From assembly GCA_045567235.1 (NCBI GenBank), contig JBJLDI010000047.1:307-64306 (forward strand): a stretch of DNA of 64,000 bases. The letters run 5' to 3'. The translations under genes were made by a program, and so were the position numbers. Under the pieces are notes generated by a model that was not told where the DNA came from, ran no database searches, and worked only from the letters and a program-made list of their open reading frames with translations. Source of the stretch: Candidatus Pelagibacter sp. (lineage in GTDB: Bacteria > Pseudomonadota > Alphaproteobacteria > Pelagibacterales > Pelagibacteraceae). Shown piece after piece: positions 21,617 to 32,499 of the stretch (position 1 is its first letter; the number at the start of each line of letters is the position of its first letter).

Positions 21617-22441
21617 TTAGATTTTTATTGGTGGATAATCCAAAATTATTTCATTAGTCCACTCAGTTATTTTTTTTATTCTATTATCAGCAGATGGATG
21701 AGTGCTCATAAACTCAGCTGGTTCTTTGCCTTTATTAAACTCTTTCATTCTTTCCCAGATTTTGACTGTTTCTCTTATATCATAACCTGATAACGATGAA
21801 AAAATCATTCCCAAATAATCAGCTTCACTTTCTTGCTTTCGACTAAATGGATTCATTATACCAAGTTGAGATAATAGACCGACCGTATTCATTCCAGTAG
21901 TTCGATTTACTGTAGATAATTTACCTCCACTAGCTATATCTATTATTTGTGTACTGATATTTAAAAGTGTTCCTCTACTAGCTCTTTCAACAGAATGCTT
22001 AGCTACAGCATGAGCAATTTCATGACCCATAATAGCAGCAAGTCCATTAGTATTTTTTGTTACATCTAAAATTCCTGAGTAAACAGCAATTTTTCCCCCT
22101 GGCATACACCAAGCATTTCTAACTTTTTTATTATCAATTAATATGTATTCCCAATCAAAATTTACAGTTGGATCATTTAATTTTTCTTTATAAAAATACT
22201 CACTAATAGAGTCTTCCATCCTACCACCAATATTTTTAATTTCATTTAATGTTTTTATATCTTTACTTAGCTTTTCTTTTTCTTTAACTTTTTCATAGAT
22301 TGCTGCTGCTTGTGCATTTAATTTAGCCTCAGGTATGATTTTTAATTGACGTCTTTCTGTTATTGGTGCGGTGGAACAAGCATTTAAAACAAACCCACAA
22401 CACCCACAACCTATATACGATAAGAATTTTCTTCTATCCAT
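21617..22441 (-). CDS. M48 family zinc metallopeptidase, Tat-type lipoprotein signal
   Basis: DRRKFL signal, LNAC lipobox, NAWCMPGG, HEIAH, SRKQESEAD, STHPS. Confidence 0.9.
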   Translation of the reverse strand: MDRRKFLSYIGCGCCGFVLNACSTAPITERRQLKIIPEAKLNAQAAAIYEKVKEKEKLSKDIKTLNEIKNIGGRMEDSISEYFYKEKLNDPTVNFDWEYILIDNKKVRNAWCMPGGKIAVYSGILDVTKNTNGLAAIMGHEIAHAVAKHSVERASRGTLLNISTQIIDIASGGKLSTVNRTTGMNTVGLLSQLGIMNPFSRKQESEADYLGMIFSSLSGYDIRETVKIWERMKEFNKGKEPAEFMSTHPSADNRIKKITEWTNEIILDYPPIKI

Positions 22442-22551
22442 TTTTAATAAGATTGATATTATAATAAAATATCATGAATCTAAATAATAAAATTTTAGTT
22501 ATTCTTTTTATAATAGCTATATCTTTTGTTATATACTCAAGTTTTAATTAA

Positions 22552-23169
22552 ATGGAAAAAAAGTCTAAAAGAAAATCATTAGGATTAATTTTAAGAAATT
22601 ATTTTATTACTGGTGTTGTTGTCTTAATTCCTATTGGTTTTACTCTTTATCTAAGTAAATTTTTGATTAGTCTTTCATCAAAAATTATTCCTCAAAATAT
22701 AAATCCTAATAGTTATTTACCTTACTCTATTCCTGGAATAGAGATTATAATTTCTATTTTATTTATTACAGTTGTTGGCGGTCTTTCTTTATCTTTTTTT
22801 GGTAAAAAAATATTAAAATTTATTGACGATTTATTCAAAAGAATTCCATTATTAAGAACTATTTACACAGCCATTTCACAAATGACTGAAACTTTTTCAA
22901 ATAAAGATAGTGGTAAAAAAAGTGTTGTATTAATTGAATATCCTAGAAAAGGAGTTTGGGCAGTAGGTTTTGCTACAAAAGAAAATACTGGTGAAATGGC
23001 TGTTAAAACCAAACAAAAACTTATTAACGTATTCGTTCCAACCACTCCAAATCCCACAAGTGGTTTTTTATTAATGTTTCCAATAGATGATGTTATATAT
23101 TTAGATATGACTTTTGAAGAAGCATCAAAATTTATTGTTTCTGCAGGCACATCATCTGGTAAAAATTAA
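22552..23169 (+). CDS. DUF502 family membrane protein
   Basis: VVLIEYPRKG, FVPTTPNPTSGF; adjacent to recG. Confidence 0.88.
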   Translation: MEKKSKRKSLGLILRNYFITGVVVLIPIGFTLYLSKFLISLSSKIIPQNINPNSYLPYSIPGIEIIISILFITVVGGLSLSFFGKKILKFIDDLFKRIPLLRTIYTAISQMTETFSNKDSGKKSVVLIEYPRKGVWAVGFATKENTGEMAVKTKQKLINVFVPTTPNPTSGFLLMFPIDDVIYLDMTFEEASKFIVSAGTSSGKN

Positions 23170-25214
23170 ACAATATCATTTATTACATCTGCTTGGTCGT
23201 ATAATTTCATTAAAGTTTTATATTTATTTATATTAACTTCATTTCTTTCCATCTCTTTTATTTCTTTTTCAGCTAGTTCGAAGAGATCATTATTATGTAT
23301 TGGATCTGCCAATCTAAACATTTTTATTCCACTTTGTTTAAATCCAAGAATGTCACCAAAACCTCTCAATTTCATATCTTCCTCTGAAATTACAAATCCA
23401 TCTGTTGAATTTTTTAATATATTAAGTCTTTTTTTTGCATTTTCTGTTAAAGACGACTTAAACATTAATATACAAGTTGATTGTTTCTGACCTCTTCCAA
23501 CTCTTCCGCGTAATTGATGAAGTTGAGAAAGCCCAAATTTATTTGCATTTTCTATAACTATTACATTTGCATTTGGAAAATCTATACCAACTTCTATTAT
23601 AGTTGTTGATACCAATATCTTAATTTTTTGATTTAAAAATTTGTTTAATATTATTTCTTTTTCTTCAATACTAGTTTTGCCATGTAATAATGCAACCTGA
23701 TTAGGAAATTTTTTTTTTAAATAATTATATTTTTCTACAGCTGATGAATGATCTAGTTTTTTGGATTCTTCAATTAATGGACATACCCAAAAAATTTGAT
23801 TTTGATTATTTATTTCTTTTTTAATAAATCTTAATACATCACTAATCTTATTTTCTAATTTACTATATGTTTTAACTTCTTTTCTTGATTTGGGCTTTTC
23901 TCTTATAATAGATAAATCCATATCTCCATAAATTGTCATTGTTAATGTTCTTGGTATCGGTGTTGCTGTCATTAATAAAACATCACAATTATCACCTCCT
24001 TTATCTGAAAGTTTTTTTCTTTGATTAACACCAAACTTATGCTGTTCATCAATAATTATTAAACCAAGATTTTTAAAGATAACCTTTTTTTGAAATATAG
24101 CATGGGTTCCAAATATTATATCTACTTCATTATTAGATAATTTTTTTAGAATTTTTTTTTTTTCTTTATATTCAGATTTACTAGAAAGAATCTCTATTCT
24201 TATCTTTTTATCAAAAATATTTTTAGCAAGTTGAAAATGTTGTCTAGCAAGTATTTCGGTTGGCGCCATTACTGCAACTTGAAAACCTGATTTAATAACA
24301 TTGTAAGCTGTAGTTAATGCTACTATTGTCTTACCACTTCCAACATCTCCTTGTAATAATCTAAACATTTTTTGATTAGATTTGAGGTCTTGGTTTATTT
24401 CGTTAAGAGATGTTTTTTGATCATTAGTTAAATCAAAATCTAATTTAGAAAATAATGAATTTTGGTAAATATGATTAAAAACTTTTTTTTGTTTTTTTAT
24501 TTTCTTTATCTTCTTTCTAATTTCTGAATGTACCATAAAAGATGCCAAAATCTCATCATAAGCTAATCTTTGATAAAAATTAGATTGATATTTTCCAATA
24601 TTTTCTGGTTTATGAAGTTCAATAATAGAATTGTTCCAAGAGATATTATCAAATTTTTTAAGAATATTTTCCTCGTGCCATTCTTCTAATTTTGGAATAT
24701 TAGATAATATTTGATTTATGATTTTGTTATATACTTTTTCTGAAATCCCATCAGTTAAAGAATATCTTTTGTGTTTATCTTTAATTAGCGAAGCATTTTC
24801 TGAAATATATTTTGGGTTTGTTATTTGGTATTTGTTTTTAAATCGTCCAACTTTTCCACTGACAGTCACTTCTTTATTTAAAGGTAAAATTTTCTTTATA
24901 TATCCTTCATAACTATTGAAAAAAACACAATCCATTTCACCTGTTTCATCTTTACAATATATTCTGTTAGGTAAATTTCTTATTCTTGGAAAATTATATT
25001 TATATGGAACTAAAGTTATTGTTTGAATATCACCAATTTTAAGATTACAAATTTTAGTAGATTTAGTTCTATCTGTATAAGATTTGGGTAATCGCCATAG
25101 CAGATCAAATATATTATTAATTTTTTTCTTTTTAAGCATGCTGGAAGTCTTTGACCCGACACCTTTAAGGTTCTTAAGATCTGATAATAAATATTTATAT
25201 GTATTAATACTCAT
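23166..25214 (-). CDS. recG: ATP-dependent DNA helicase RecG
   Basis: RLLQGDVGSGKT, MAPTEILARQH, DEQHKFG, TATPIPRT, QLHQLRGRVGRG. Confidence 0.97.
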   Translation of the reverse strand: MSINTYKYLLSDLKNLKGVGSKTSSMLKKKKINNIFDLLWRLPKSYTDRTKSTKICNLKIGDIQTITLVPYKYNFPRIRNLPNRIYCKDETGEMDCVFFNSYEGYIKKILPLNKEVTVSGKVGRFKNKYQITNPKYISENASLIKDKHKRYSLTDGISEKVYNKIINQILSNIPKLEEWHEENILKKFDNISWNNSIIELHKPENIGKYQSNFYQRLAYDEILASFMVHSEIRKKIKKIKKQKKVFNHIYQNSLFSKLDFDLTNDQKTSLNEINQDLKSNQKMFRLLQGDVGSGKTIVALTTAYNVIKSGFQVAVMAPTEILARQHFQLAKNIFDKKIRIEILSSKSEYKEKKKILKKLSNNEVDIIFGTHAIFQKKVIFKNLGLIIIDEQHKFGVNQRKKLSDKGGDNCDVLLMTATPIPRTLTMTIYGDMDLSIIREKPKSRKEVKTYSKLENKISDVLRFIKKEINNQNQIFWVCPLIEESKKLDHSSAVEKYNYLKKKFPNQVALLHGKTSIEEKEIILNKFLNQKIKILVSTTIIEVGIDFPNANVIVIENANKFGLSQLHQLRGRVGRGQKQSTCILMFKSSLTENAKKRLNILKNSTDGFVISEEDMKLRGFGDILGFKQSGIKMFRLADPIHNNDLFELAEKEIKEMERNEVNINKYKTLMKLYDQADVINDIV

Positions 25215-25236
25215 TTCATATTATTATAAATAATTA

Positions 25237-25500
25237 ATGAATAACGAAATAACTAATTTAAAAAAAAGATTGATTTATAGATCTCAGTATCGAGGTACTA
25301 AAGAAATGGATAAATTAATAGGAAGTTTTGTTCAATCTAATATTGATAAATTTAACAAAATTCAGCTAAATGAATTAGAAAAATTTTTAGATGTTGATGA
25401 TGATACACTGTATAAATTTTATAATGGCCTTCCTTTTAAAACAGATATTATAAAATCTGAAATATTTAAGTTATTTAAGGATTACGAGTATAAAAAATAA
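25237..25500 (+). CDS. sdhE: Succinate dehydrogenase flavinylation factor (SdhE/Sdh5)
   Basis: YRSQYRGTKEMD (RGxxE) motif; divergent from recG. Confidence 0.9.
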   Translation: MNNEITNLKKRLIYRSQYRGTKEMDKLIGSFVQSNIDKFNKIQLNELEKFLDVDDDTLYKFYNGLPFKTDIIKSEIFKLFKDYEYKK

Positions 25501-25590
25501 TGGCGGAGAGACTGGGATTCGAACCCAGGAAAGAGTTGCCCCTTTGCCGGTTTTCAAGACCGGTGCTTTCAACCGCTCAGCCATCTCTCC
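25501..25590 (-). tRNA. tRNA-Ser (anticodon TGA)
   Basis: Reverse strand: GGAGAGA/TCTCTCC acceptor, CCGGT-CTTGAAA-ACCGG, long variable arm, G discriminator, CCA. Confidence 0.96.
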
Positions 25591-25679
25591 GTGTGCACCG
25601 TTTTATAATTATAATTATTTAATTCAACTATAAAATAGTCTATTTAACCTTAGAATAAATTAATTCATTCTATTTAACT

Positions 25680-26558
25680 ATGAAAGATCAATTTAATAAA
25701 GGTCTGTTATTAACATCTCTCGGATCTTTTTGGTGGGGTTTTATAGGTGTTATATATTTTCAATATGTATCCTTCATAGGTCATATTGAATTAGTTGTTC
25801 ATAGATGTTTATGGACTGCAGTAATGTTACTTTTAACTACTACATTTTTTTCAAAATGGAGTCTTTTTAAAAGAATTATTAAAAATAAAAATTATTTATT
25901 TGGATTATTTATTTCTGGTTTTCTAATTTTTATTAATTGGGCTGTTTGGATATATGCAGTGGCAACAGAAAGAATTATAGATGCTAGTTTTGGTTATTTC
26001 ATTATGCCAATTATAAGTGTTTTACTAGGATATATATTTTTTAAAGAAAAATTGAATAAAAAAAGAATTTTTGCAATTATCTTGGTTTCAATTTCAATTT
26101 TAATCTTAATTTTTTTTAATTTAAAAAGTTTACCATGGGTTGGATTAATTGTAGCGTTTAGTTGGGCTTTTTATAATCTTATTAGAAAAAAAATAAATGT
26201 AGATACTGAAATAGGATTATTAATTGAAAGTTTATATATTCTACCTTTTGCTTTAGTTGCTTTTTACTACATAACAAAAACAGGAGTAAATGATTTTAGT
26301 TTTTCAAATCCAGGTTTAAGCTTATTTCTAATTTTAGCTGGACCCATGACAGTGATTCCTTTATTCCTATATGTCAGGGGTGTTGAGCTTATAGGGCTTG
26401 GTCCAACAGGTATGATTTTTTATATTACACCAACTTTACAGTTCATTTTAGGTTATTTTTATTACAATGAGGACTTTTCAATTATAAAATTTGTAAGTTT
26501 TATTATTATTTGGATTGCTGTAATTATATATCTGAAAGATCTTTATGAAACCAATTAA
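25680..26558 (+). CDS. rarD: RarD-type EamA/DMT transporter
   Basis: About 10 hydrophobic helices; ELVVHRCLW, ASFGYFIMP, FKEKL, YITPTLQF. Confidence 0.85.
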   Translation: MKDQFNKGLLLTSLGSFWWGFIGVIYFQYVSFIGHIELVVHRCLWTAVMLLLTTTFFSKWSLFKRIIKNKNYLFGLFISGFLIFINWAVWIYAVATERIIDASFGYFIMPIISVLLGYIFFKEKLNKKRIFAIILVSISILILIFFNLKSLPWVGLIVAFSWAFYNLIRKKINVDTEIGLLIESLYILPFALVAFYYITKTGVNDFSFSNPGLSLFLILAGPMTVIPLFLYVRGVELIGLGPTGMIFYITPTLQFILGYFYYNEDFSIIKFVSFIIIWIAVIIYLKDLYETN

Positions 26559-27546
26559 AATTTTTTTTCTAATTTCATTTTTTATATCCACAAATAGTTT
26601 TGCAAATAATATTGAGGACTTTAATAATTGGAAAATAAAATTTAAAGAAAGAGCCTTATCTAATGATATTTCAGAAGCCACTTTTAATATTGTTATGGCT
26701 AATGTAAAATTTTTACCAAAAGTATTAGAATATGATCGATTTCAACCTGAATTTTATGAAGACACAAAAACCTATATTAATAAACGAACATCTGAAACAA
26801 AACTTAATAGTGGTATTAATTTTTATAAAAACAATCGAGAATTAATAAACAAAGTAGAGTCGGAATTTAACATTGAAAAAGAATTACTTTTGTCTTTGAT
26901 GGGTATTGAAACAAATTTTGGCACCTATGTTGGTAAAATGGACATATTATCTTCTTTAGCCACATTAAGTTTTGATAAAAGAAGATCTGAATTTTTTACA
27001 AATGAACTAATCACTTTATTAAGGCTAATTGAGACTAATCAAATTAGTTATAAAACATTGTATGGTTCATGGGCAGGTGCATTTGGTTTTTTTCAATTTA
27101 TGCCAAGCACAATTAAAAATTACGCTCTTGACCACAATAATGACAAGTACATTGATTTAAAAAATAGTGAAGATGCATACCCATCTGCTGCAAATTATCT
27201 AAAAAAAATTGGATGGAAAAAAAATAAACCCTGTTTTTATAAGATTGAATTAAATGAAAATATTCCTAAAAAATATTTAAATGTTTCTGCGAAAAAGATT
27301 CATAGTAAGAAAAAAATAGATTATTTTAAAAAATATATTAAAGATAATACAAAATTAGAAAAATTAGATAAGAATTTAAAAATTGCTATAATAACTCCTG
27401 ATAAAGATATTATTCCTAATGCAGAAACATTAAACCCCGCATATATTGTATTTGACAACTATGAAATTATTTTAAAATGGAATAGATCTCTTAGATTTGC
27501 TTTAGCAGTATGTACATTGAAAGATAAATTAAAAAATGAAATTTAA
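26545..27546 (+). CDS. mltB: Lytic murein transglycosylase, MltB family
   Basis: GIETNFG catalytic motif, GSWAGAFGFFQFMPST, SAANYL, WNRS. Confidence 0.9.
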   Translation: MKPIKIFFLISFFISTNSFANNIEDFNNWKIKFKERALSNDISEATFNIVMANVKFLPKVLEYDRFQPEFYEDTKTYINKRTSETKLNSGINFYKNNRELINKVESEFNIEKELLLSLMGIETNFGTYVGKMDILSSLATLSFDKRRSEFFTNELITLLRLIETNQISYKTLYGSWAGAFGFFQFMPSTIKNYALDHNNDKYIDLKNSEDAYPSAANYLKKIGWKKNKPCFYKIELNENIPKKYLNVSAKKIHSKKKIDYFKKYIKDNTKLEKLDKNLKIAIITPDKDIIPNAETLNPAYIVFDNYEIILKWNRSLRFALAVCTLKDKLKNEI

Positions 27547-28288
27547 GATTATAATTGTTTCAATAATATTTTTTTTACTCACCGGTTGCGACCAATATAC
27601 TTTAAATAAACCCTCTGAAGTAGACTTTAAGCCTGAAAAAAAATATAAAAACACTGGATTTTCATTAATTTATAGTGATGACTTAAATCTAAAAAAACTA
27701 GAAAATAGATCTTTATTTATTTTTCACAAAAGTCTCAAGAGTAAATCTTTTGTAAAAATTTCAAATCCTTTAAATGGAAAATCTTTAATAGCCGAAGTAA
27801 AATCTAATAGAGTAAAATTTTCAAATTTCTATAATTCGGTCATTACTAATAGAATAGCCGAAACTTTAGAACTCGATCCCAAAGAACCCTATATTGAGTT
27901 AACCTTGATCTCTAAAAATTCAACATTCGTTGCTAAAAAAGCAAAGATCTTTGAGGAAGAAAAGGAAGTAGCAGAAAAAGCCCCGATTGATGGAATTAAA
28001 ATTAGTAATTTAAATAATACTTTGAATAATCAAGCTAAAAAAATTTCTAAAAATGAATTTTCATATTCTATAAAAGTTGTGGATTTTTACTACAAAAAAA
28101 CAGCAAATTTAATGATTGATAGAATAAGGGAAGAGACATCAATTAAAAAAATTAATTTGATTGAGCTTTCAAAAACAAATTACAGGGTATTAATAGGTCC
28201 TTTTAATGATATATATTCTTTAAAAGAATCTTTTGAAAAAATGAATTCACTTAATTTTGAAAATTTAGAAATACTTAAAAATGTTTAG
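27536..28288 (+). CDS. Divergent RlpA-like lipoprotein with C-terminal SPOR domain
   Basis: LTGC lipobox, VKISNPLNGKSL segment, YRVLIGPF SPOR motif; mltB-rlpA-dacA synteny. Confidence 0.7.
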   Translation: MKFKIIIVSIIFFLLTGCDQYTLNKPSEVDFKPEKKYKNTGFSLIYSDDLNLKKLENRSLFIFHKSLKSKSFVKISNPLNGKSLIAEVKSNRVKFSNFYNSVITNRIAETLELDPKEPYIELTLISKNSTFVAKKAKIFEEEKEVAEKAPIDGIKISNLNNTLNNQAKKISKNEFSYSIKVVDFYYKKTANLMIDRIREETSIKKINLIELSKTNYRVLIGPFNDIYSLKESFEKMNSLNFENLEILKNV

Positions 28289-29432
28289 AATTATATTTTT
28301 TTATTTAATAATTAGTTTGGGTTTTATATCTAACTCATATTCAAATATTGAAATTAAAGCAAGAACTGCAATATTGCAGGATTTTTTATCAGGTGAAATT
28401 TTATACGAAAAAGAACCTGATAGATCTATTTACCCCGCTTCTATGACTAAAATTATGACATCAATAATAGCCTTTGATCTTATAAAAATAGGAGATTTAA
28501 GCCTAGAGGATAAGTTTATTGTTTCAGAAAAAGCTTGGCGATTATCTACATCTGGTTTTTCATCAATGTTCATTATGGTTGGTGATGAAGTATCTGTAGA
28601 AAATTTACTTCATGGTATAATAACAGCATCAGGTAACGATGCATGTATTGCACTAGCGGAAGGTATTGCTGGTACCGAGGAAGAATTTGCAATCTTAATG
28701 ACTGCTAAAGCAAAAGAAATAGGTATGGAGAATACAAATTTCTCTAATTCATCTGGTATTAATGACCCAGATAATTATTCAACTGTAAGAGATATTCTAA
28801 TGATGTCTAATTACTTAATCAAAGAACATCCTGAATTTTATAAATGGTTTGCAAATAAAGAATTTACATGGGATAGAACAGGAGGTGATCCAATTACTCA
28901 AGGTAATAGAAATCCCCTTTTATACAAAAATATGGGAGCAGATGGAATCAAAACAGGTTATTTAGCAGTTGAAAAATTTTCTCTTGCTTCGTCTTTAGAA
29001 AGAAAGGGTCGAAGATTAATTGCTGTTGGTAGTGGTTTTGAAACTAAAAATTCTAGATCACGTGAAAGCTCTAAACTTTTAACTTATGGATTAACTAATT
29101 TTGATTTAGTTGAAATTAATAATTCTAATAAACCAATTGATAAAATTGATGTATGGCTTGGTAAAGAAGATCAATTAGATGTTTATGTTAACGAAGATAT
29201 TTATAAAACTATAAAAAAGGCTAAGAAAAAACTATTAAAAGTTGCTTTAAAGTATGAAGGACCTGTTGAAGCTCCAATAAAAAAAGATGATATAATTGGA
29301 AAATTTAGAGTTGTATATGATGATGAATTAGTTGGTGAATACAATCTATTAGCGGCTACAAATATAGAAAAAGTTAATATTTTTACTAGATTAATTAAAT
29401 CTTTGAATTATTTAATCTGGGGCGATGTCTAA
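28281..29432 (+). CDS. dacA: D-alanyl-D-alanine carboxypeptidase (PBP5/6)
   Basis: PASMTK (SxxK), SGNDA (SxN), KTG. Confidence 0.92.
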   Translation: MFRIIFFYLIISLGFISNSYSNIEIKARTAILQDFLSGEILYEKEPDRSIYPASMTKIMTSIIAFDLIKIGDLSLEDKFIVSEKAWRLSTSGFSSMFIMVGDEVSVENLLHGIITASGNDACIALAEGIAGTEEEFAILMTAKAKEIGMENTNFSNSSGINDPDNYSTVRDILMMSNYLIKEHPEFYKWFANKEFTWDRTGGDPITQGNRNPLLYKNMGADGIKTGYLAVEKFSLASSLERKGRRLIAVGSGFETKNSRSRESSKLLTYGLTNFDLVEINNSNKPIDKIDVWLGKEDQLDVYVNEDIYKTIKKAKKKLLKVALKYEGPVEAPIKKDDIIGKFRVVYDDELVGEYNLLAATNIEKVNIFTRLIKSLNYLIWGDV

Positions 29433-30036
29433 AAAGCCCGTAATTGTTTTTGAAGGTATAGAGGGAAGTGGTAAAAGCCATCATATTTCAGTTATTTCAA
29501 AATATTTAAAAAGAAATAAAATTGCTTTTATTAAATTAAGGGAACCTGGCGGAAATATTAATTCAGAAAAAATTAGAAAACTTATTTTAGATAAAAAGTC
29601 AAATTTCAACAAAATTACAGATTTATTACTTTATTTAGCTGCTCGTAGTGAAAATATTGAATTAATAAGAAAATATTATAAAAAAAAGATAATTCTAATT
29701 GATAGGTTTACAGACTCAACAATAGCTTATCAACATTATGGTTTTGGTGTTGATCTCAAATTAATTAGCTTTATCAATAACCATCTATTAAAAAAATTTA
29801 AAGTTGATTATACATTCTTAAATATTGTTAATTACAAAAATATGATTAAAAGACTCAAGTTAAGGAAATCACTGAATAGATATGATAAATTTAATAATAA
29901 ATTTTATCAAAATGTTCAAAAGGGCTTTTTGAAATTAGCGAATAAAAATAAAAAAAAGTATAAGATTATAAATTCTAATCTTGATATTAAGATTAACGAA
30001 AATCTAATTATTCAATCAATTAAGAAATTAATATGA
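29425..30036 (+). CDS. tmk: Thymidylate kinase
   Basis: FEGIEGSGKS, REPGG, DRFTDSTIAYQ. Confidence 0.95.
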   Translation: MSKKPVIVFEGIEGSGKSHHISVISKYLKRNKIAFIKLREPGGNINSEKIRKLILDKKSNFNKITDLLLYLAARSENIELIRKYYKKKIILIDRFTDSTIAYQHYGFGVDLKLISFINNHLLKKFKVDYTFLNIVNYKNMIKRLKLRKSLNRYDKFNNKFYQNVQKGFLKLANKNKKKYKIINSNLDIKINENLIIQSIKKLI

Positions 30037-30965
30037 ATATAATAGAGCCAATAAATCAACAAAAACTTTTTGGTCTGGATAACCATTTTTTAGAATTAGT
30101 AAGGTTATATAAAGATAATATTTATCCAAATAAACTTTTATTAAGTGGACCAAAAGGTATTGGCAAATCTACTTTAGCATATCATTTTATTAATTACGTA
30201 TTGTCTAAAAATGAAGATCAAAAATACGATCTTAGTAATTTTGAAATAAATAATAATAGCTCAACTTTTAAAACTATTCTTAATGGATCAAATTCTAATT
30301 TAATAATTATTGATATTAATAATGATAAAAAATTTATTGATATCAATCAAATAAGAGATTTAATCAAGAATTTAAACAAATCATCTTTTAATAATAAACC
30401 AAGATTTGTTTTAATTGATAATATTGAGTTTTTAAACATTAACTCTATTAATGCTTTATTAAAAGCACTTGAAGAACCAAATCACAATATTCATTTTATT
30501 TTAATAAATAATAATAAACGTGTTCTACCTACATTATTATCTAGATGCATTAATTATAAGATATATCTAACTAATAAAGAATGTTTACATATTTCAAATC
30601 AACTTTTAAATGATAAATTGGAAAATTTAATTAATATGGAGCTTATTAATTATTATTTCACACCTGGCAATATTTATTATCTAGTAAAATTTGCTCAACA
30701 ATATAATTATGATTTATCAAACCTTGATTTAAGAAGTTTTCTTAAAATTATAATTAAAGAAAATCATTATAAAAAAGATCTATTTATGAGGAATATAATA
30801 TTTAATTTAGTGGAATTTTATTTTAGAAAATTGAATTTATCTGTTTCTAAAAAGATTTTTGAAAAATATAGCTATTTCCTAAAAAAAATATCTGATACAA
30901 AAAATTTCAATTTAGATGAAGAGTCTTTATTTATGGAATTTGAAGAACAAATTTTAGATGGATAA
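30033..30965 (+). CDS. holB: DNA polymerase III delta' subunit
   Basis: GPKGIGK, NALLKALEEP, PTLLSRC; tmk-holB-metG synteny. Confidence 0.9.
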   Translation: MNIIEPINQQKLFGLDNHFLELVRLYKDNIYPNKLLLSGPKGIGKSTLAYHFINYVLSKNEDQKYDLSNFEINNNSSTFKTILNGSNSNLIIIDINNDKKFIDINQIRDLIKNLNKSSFNNKPRFVLIDNIEFLNINSINALLKALEEPNHNIHFILINNNKRVLPTLLSRCINYKIYLTNKECLHISNQLLNDKLENLINMELINYYFTPGNIYYLVKFAQQYNYDLSNLDLRSFLKIIIKENHYKKDLFMRNIIFNLVEFYFRKLNLSVSKKIFEKYSYFLKKISDTKNFNLDEESLFMEFEEQILDG

Positions 30966-32499
30966 AAATTTTTATATAACAACACCAATATATTATCCTT
31001 CAGCAAAACCACATATGGGTCATGCATATTCAAGTATTATTGCCGACTTCTTTGCAAGATTCAAAAGAATAGATGGATTCAATGTAAGTTTTTTAACAGG
31101 CACTGATGAACATGGTCTTAAAATTCAAAGAGCTGCAGAAAATAAAGGTCTAGAGCCTTTAGCATTTTGTGATGAAATAAGTAAAACTTTTAGAAACCTT
31201 TCAAAAACTCTAAATTTAACTAATACAGATTTTATAAGAACAACCGAGGAACGACATATAAAATCAGTTCAAAATTTATGGAATGAACTCGAAAAAAATG
31301 ATGATATTTATCTTTCAAAATATTCTGGATGGTATTCTGTTTCTGATGAAGCTTTCTACACTGAAGATGAAATTGAAGAAGTTCAAGGAAAAAAAATTTC
31401 AATTACATCAAAATCACCAGTCGAATGGATGGATGAGGAGTCTTATTTCTTTAGACTTTCAAAATGGGAAAAAAAATTATTAGACTATTATGAAAAAAAT
31501 CCAGATTTTATATTACCCAAATCAAGAAAAAATGAGGTTATAAGTTTTGTTAAAAGTGGCCTTAAAGATTTATCAGTTAGCAGAAAAAGTTTTTCATGGG
31601 GAATACCTGTTCCTAATAATAAAGAGCACGTTATTTATGTATGGTTAGACGCACTAACTAATTATATAAGTGCATTAAATTATCCTGACATAAAAAATAA
31701 TAAATATAAAACCTTTTGGCCTGCAACTGTTCATTTAATTGGTAAAGATATACTCAGATTCCATGCTGTCTATTGGCCAGCTTTTTTACTTGCAGCTAAA
31801 TTACCTTTACCCAAAAAAGTTTATGGTCATGGCTGGATATTATCTGGTGAAGAAAAAATGTCTAAATCAAAAGGAAATATTTTAGATCCAATTGAAATTA
31901 TTGATCAATACGGTTTAGATCCACTAAGATATTATTTAATTAAAGAAGTCTCATTTGGTAATGATGGTAATATTTCACAAGAAAAGTTAGAAGATTGTAT
32001 TAATAGCGATTTAGCAAACAATTTTGGAAATCTTTGTCAAAGAGTGACAGCATTTGCTATCAAAAATTGTGAAGGCACAATTCCTAAAATAATTGAGTTT
32101 AATCAAAATGATTTAAAGATTTTAAATAAATTTAAAACTAATTTAAATTTGATTAGAGATAAAATTGATAAACAAGATATTAATTTTTATATTGATTTTA
32201 TTGTAAACTCATTATTTGATGCAAATAAATATTTTAATGATGAAGAACCATGGAAAAAAAAAGATGATATTTCAAGACTTAATACAATTGTTTACACTTC
32301 TTTAGAAATAATAAGAAAAATAAGCTATATGCTTTATCCAATAATTCCCGATTCATCCTTAAAGGCATTAAAAATTTTTTCTATTGATGAGAAAAAAATT
32401 GAATTATCTTCTATTGAAAACCACAATTATCTTAAAGAGGGTGATAAAATTAACAAAATTGATATTCTTTTCAAAAAAATAGAAAAAAATAATGATTGA
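30958..32499 (+). CDS. metG: Methionine--tRNA ligase
   Basis: TTPIYY, HMGH, GTDEHG, YVWLDAL, KMSKS. Confidence 0.97.
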   Translation: MDKNFYITTPIYYPSAKPHMGHAYSSIIADFFARFKRIDGFNVSFLTGTDEHGLKIQRAAENKGLEPLAFCDEISKTFRNLSKTLNLTNTDFIRTTEERHIKSVQNLWNELEKNDDIYLSKYSGWYSVSDEAFYTEDEIEEVQGKKISITSKSPVEWMDEESYFFRLSKWEKKLLDYYEKNPDFILPKSRKNEVISFVKSGLKDLSVSRKSFSWGIPVPNNKEHVIYVWLDALTNYISALNYPDIKNNKYKTFWPATVHLIGKDILRFHAVYWPAFLLAAKLPLPKKVYGHGWILSGEEKMSKSKGNILDPIEIIDQYGLDPLRYYLIKEVSFGNDGNISQEKLEDCINSDLANNFGNLCQRVTAFAIKNCEGTIPKIIEFNQNDLKILNKFKTNLNLIRDKIDKQDINFYIDFIVNSLFDANKYFNDEEPWKKKDDISRLNTIVYTSLEIIRKISYMLYPIIPDSSLKALKIFSIDEKKIELSSIENHNYLKEGDKINKIDILFKKIEKNND

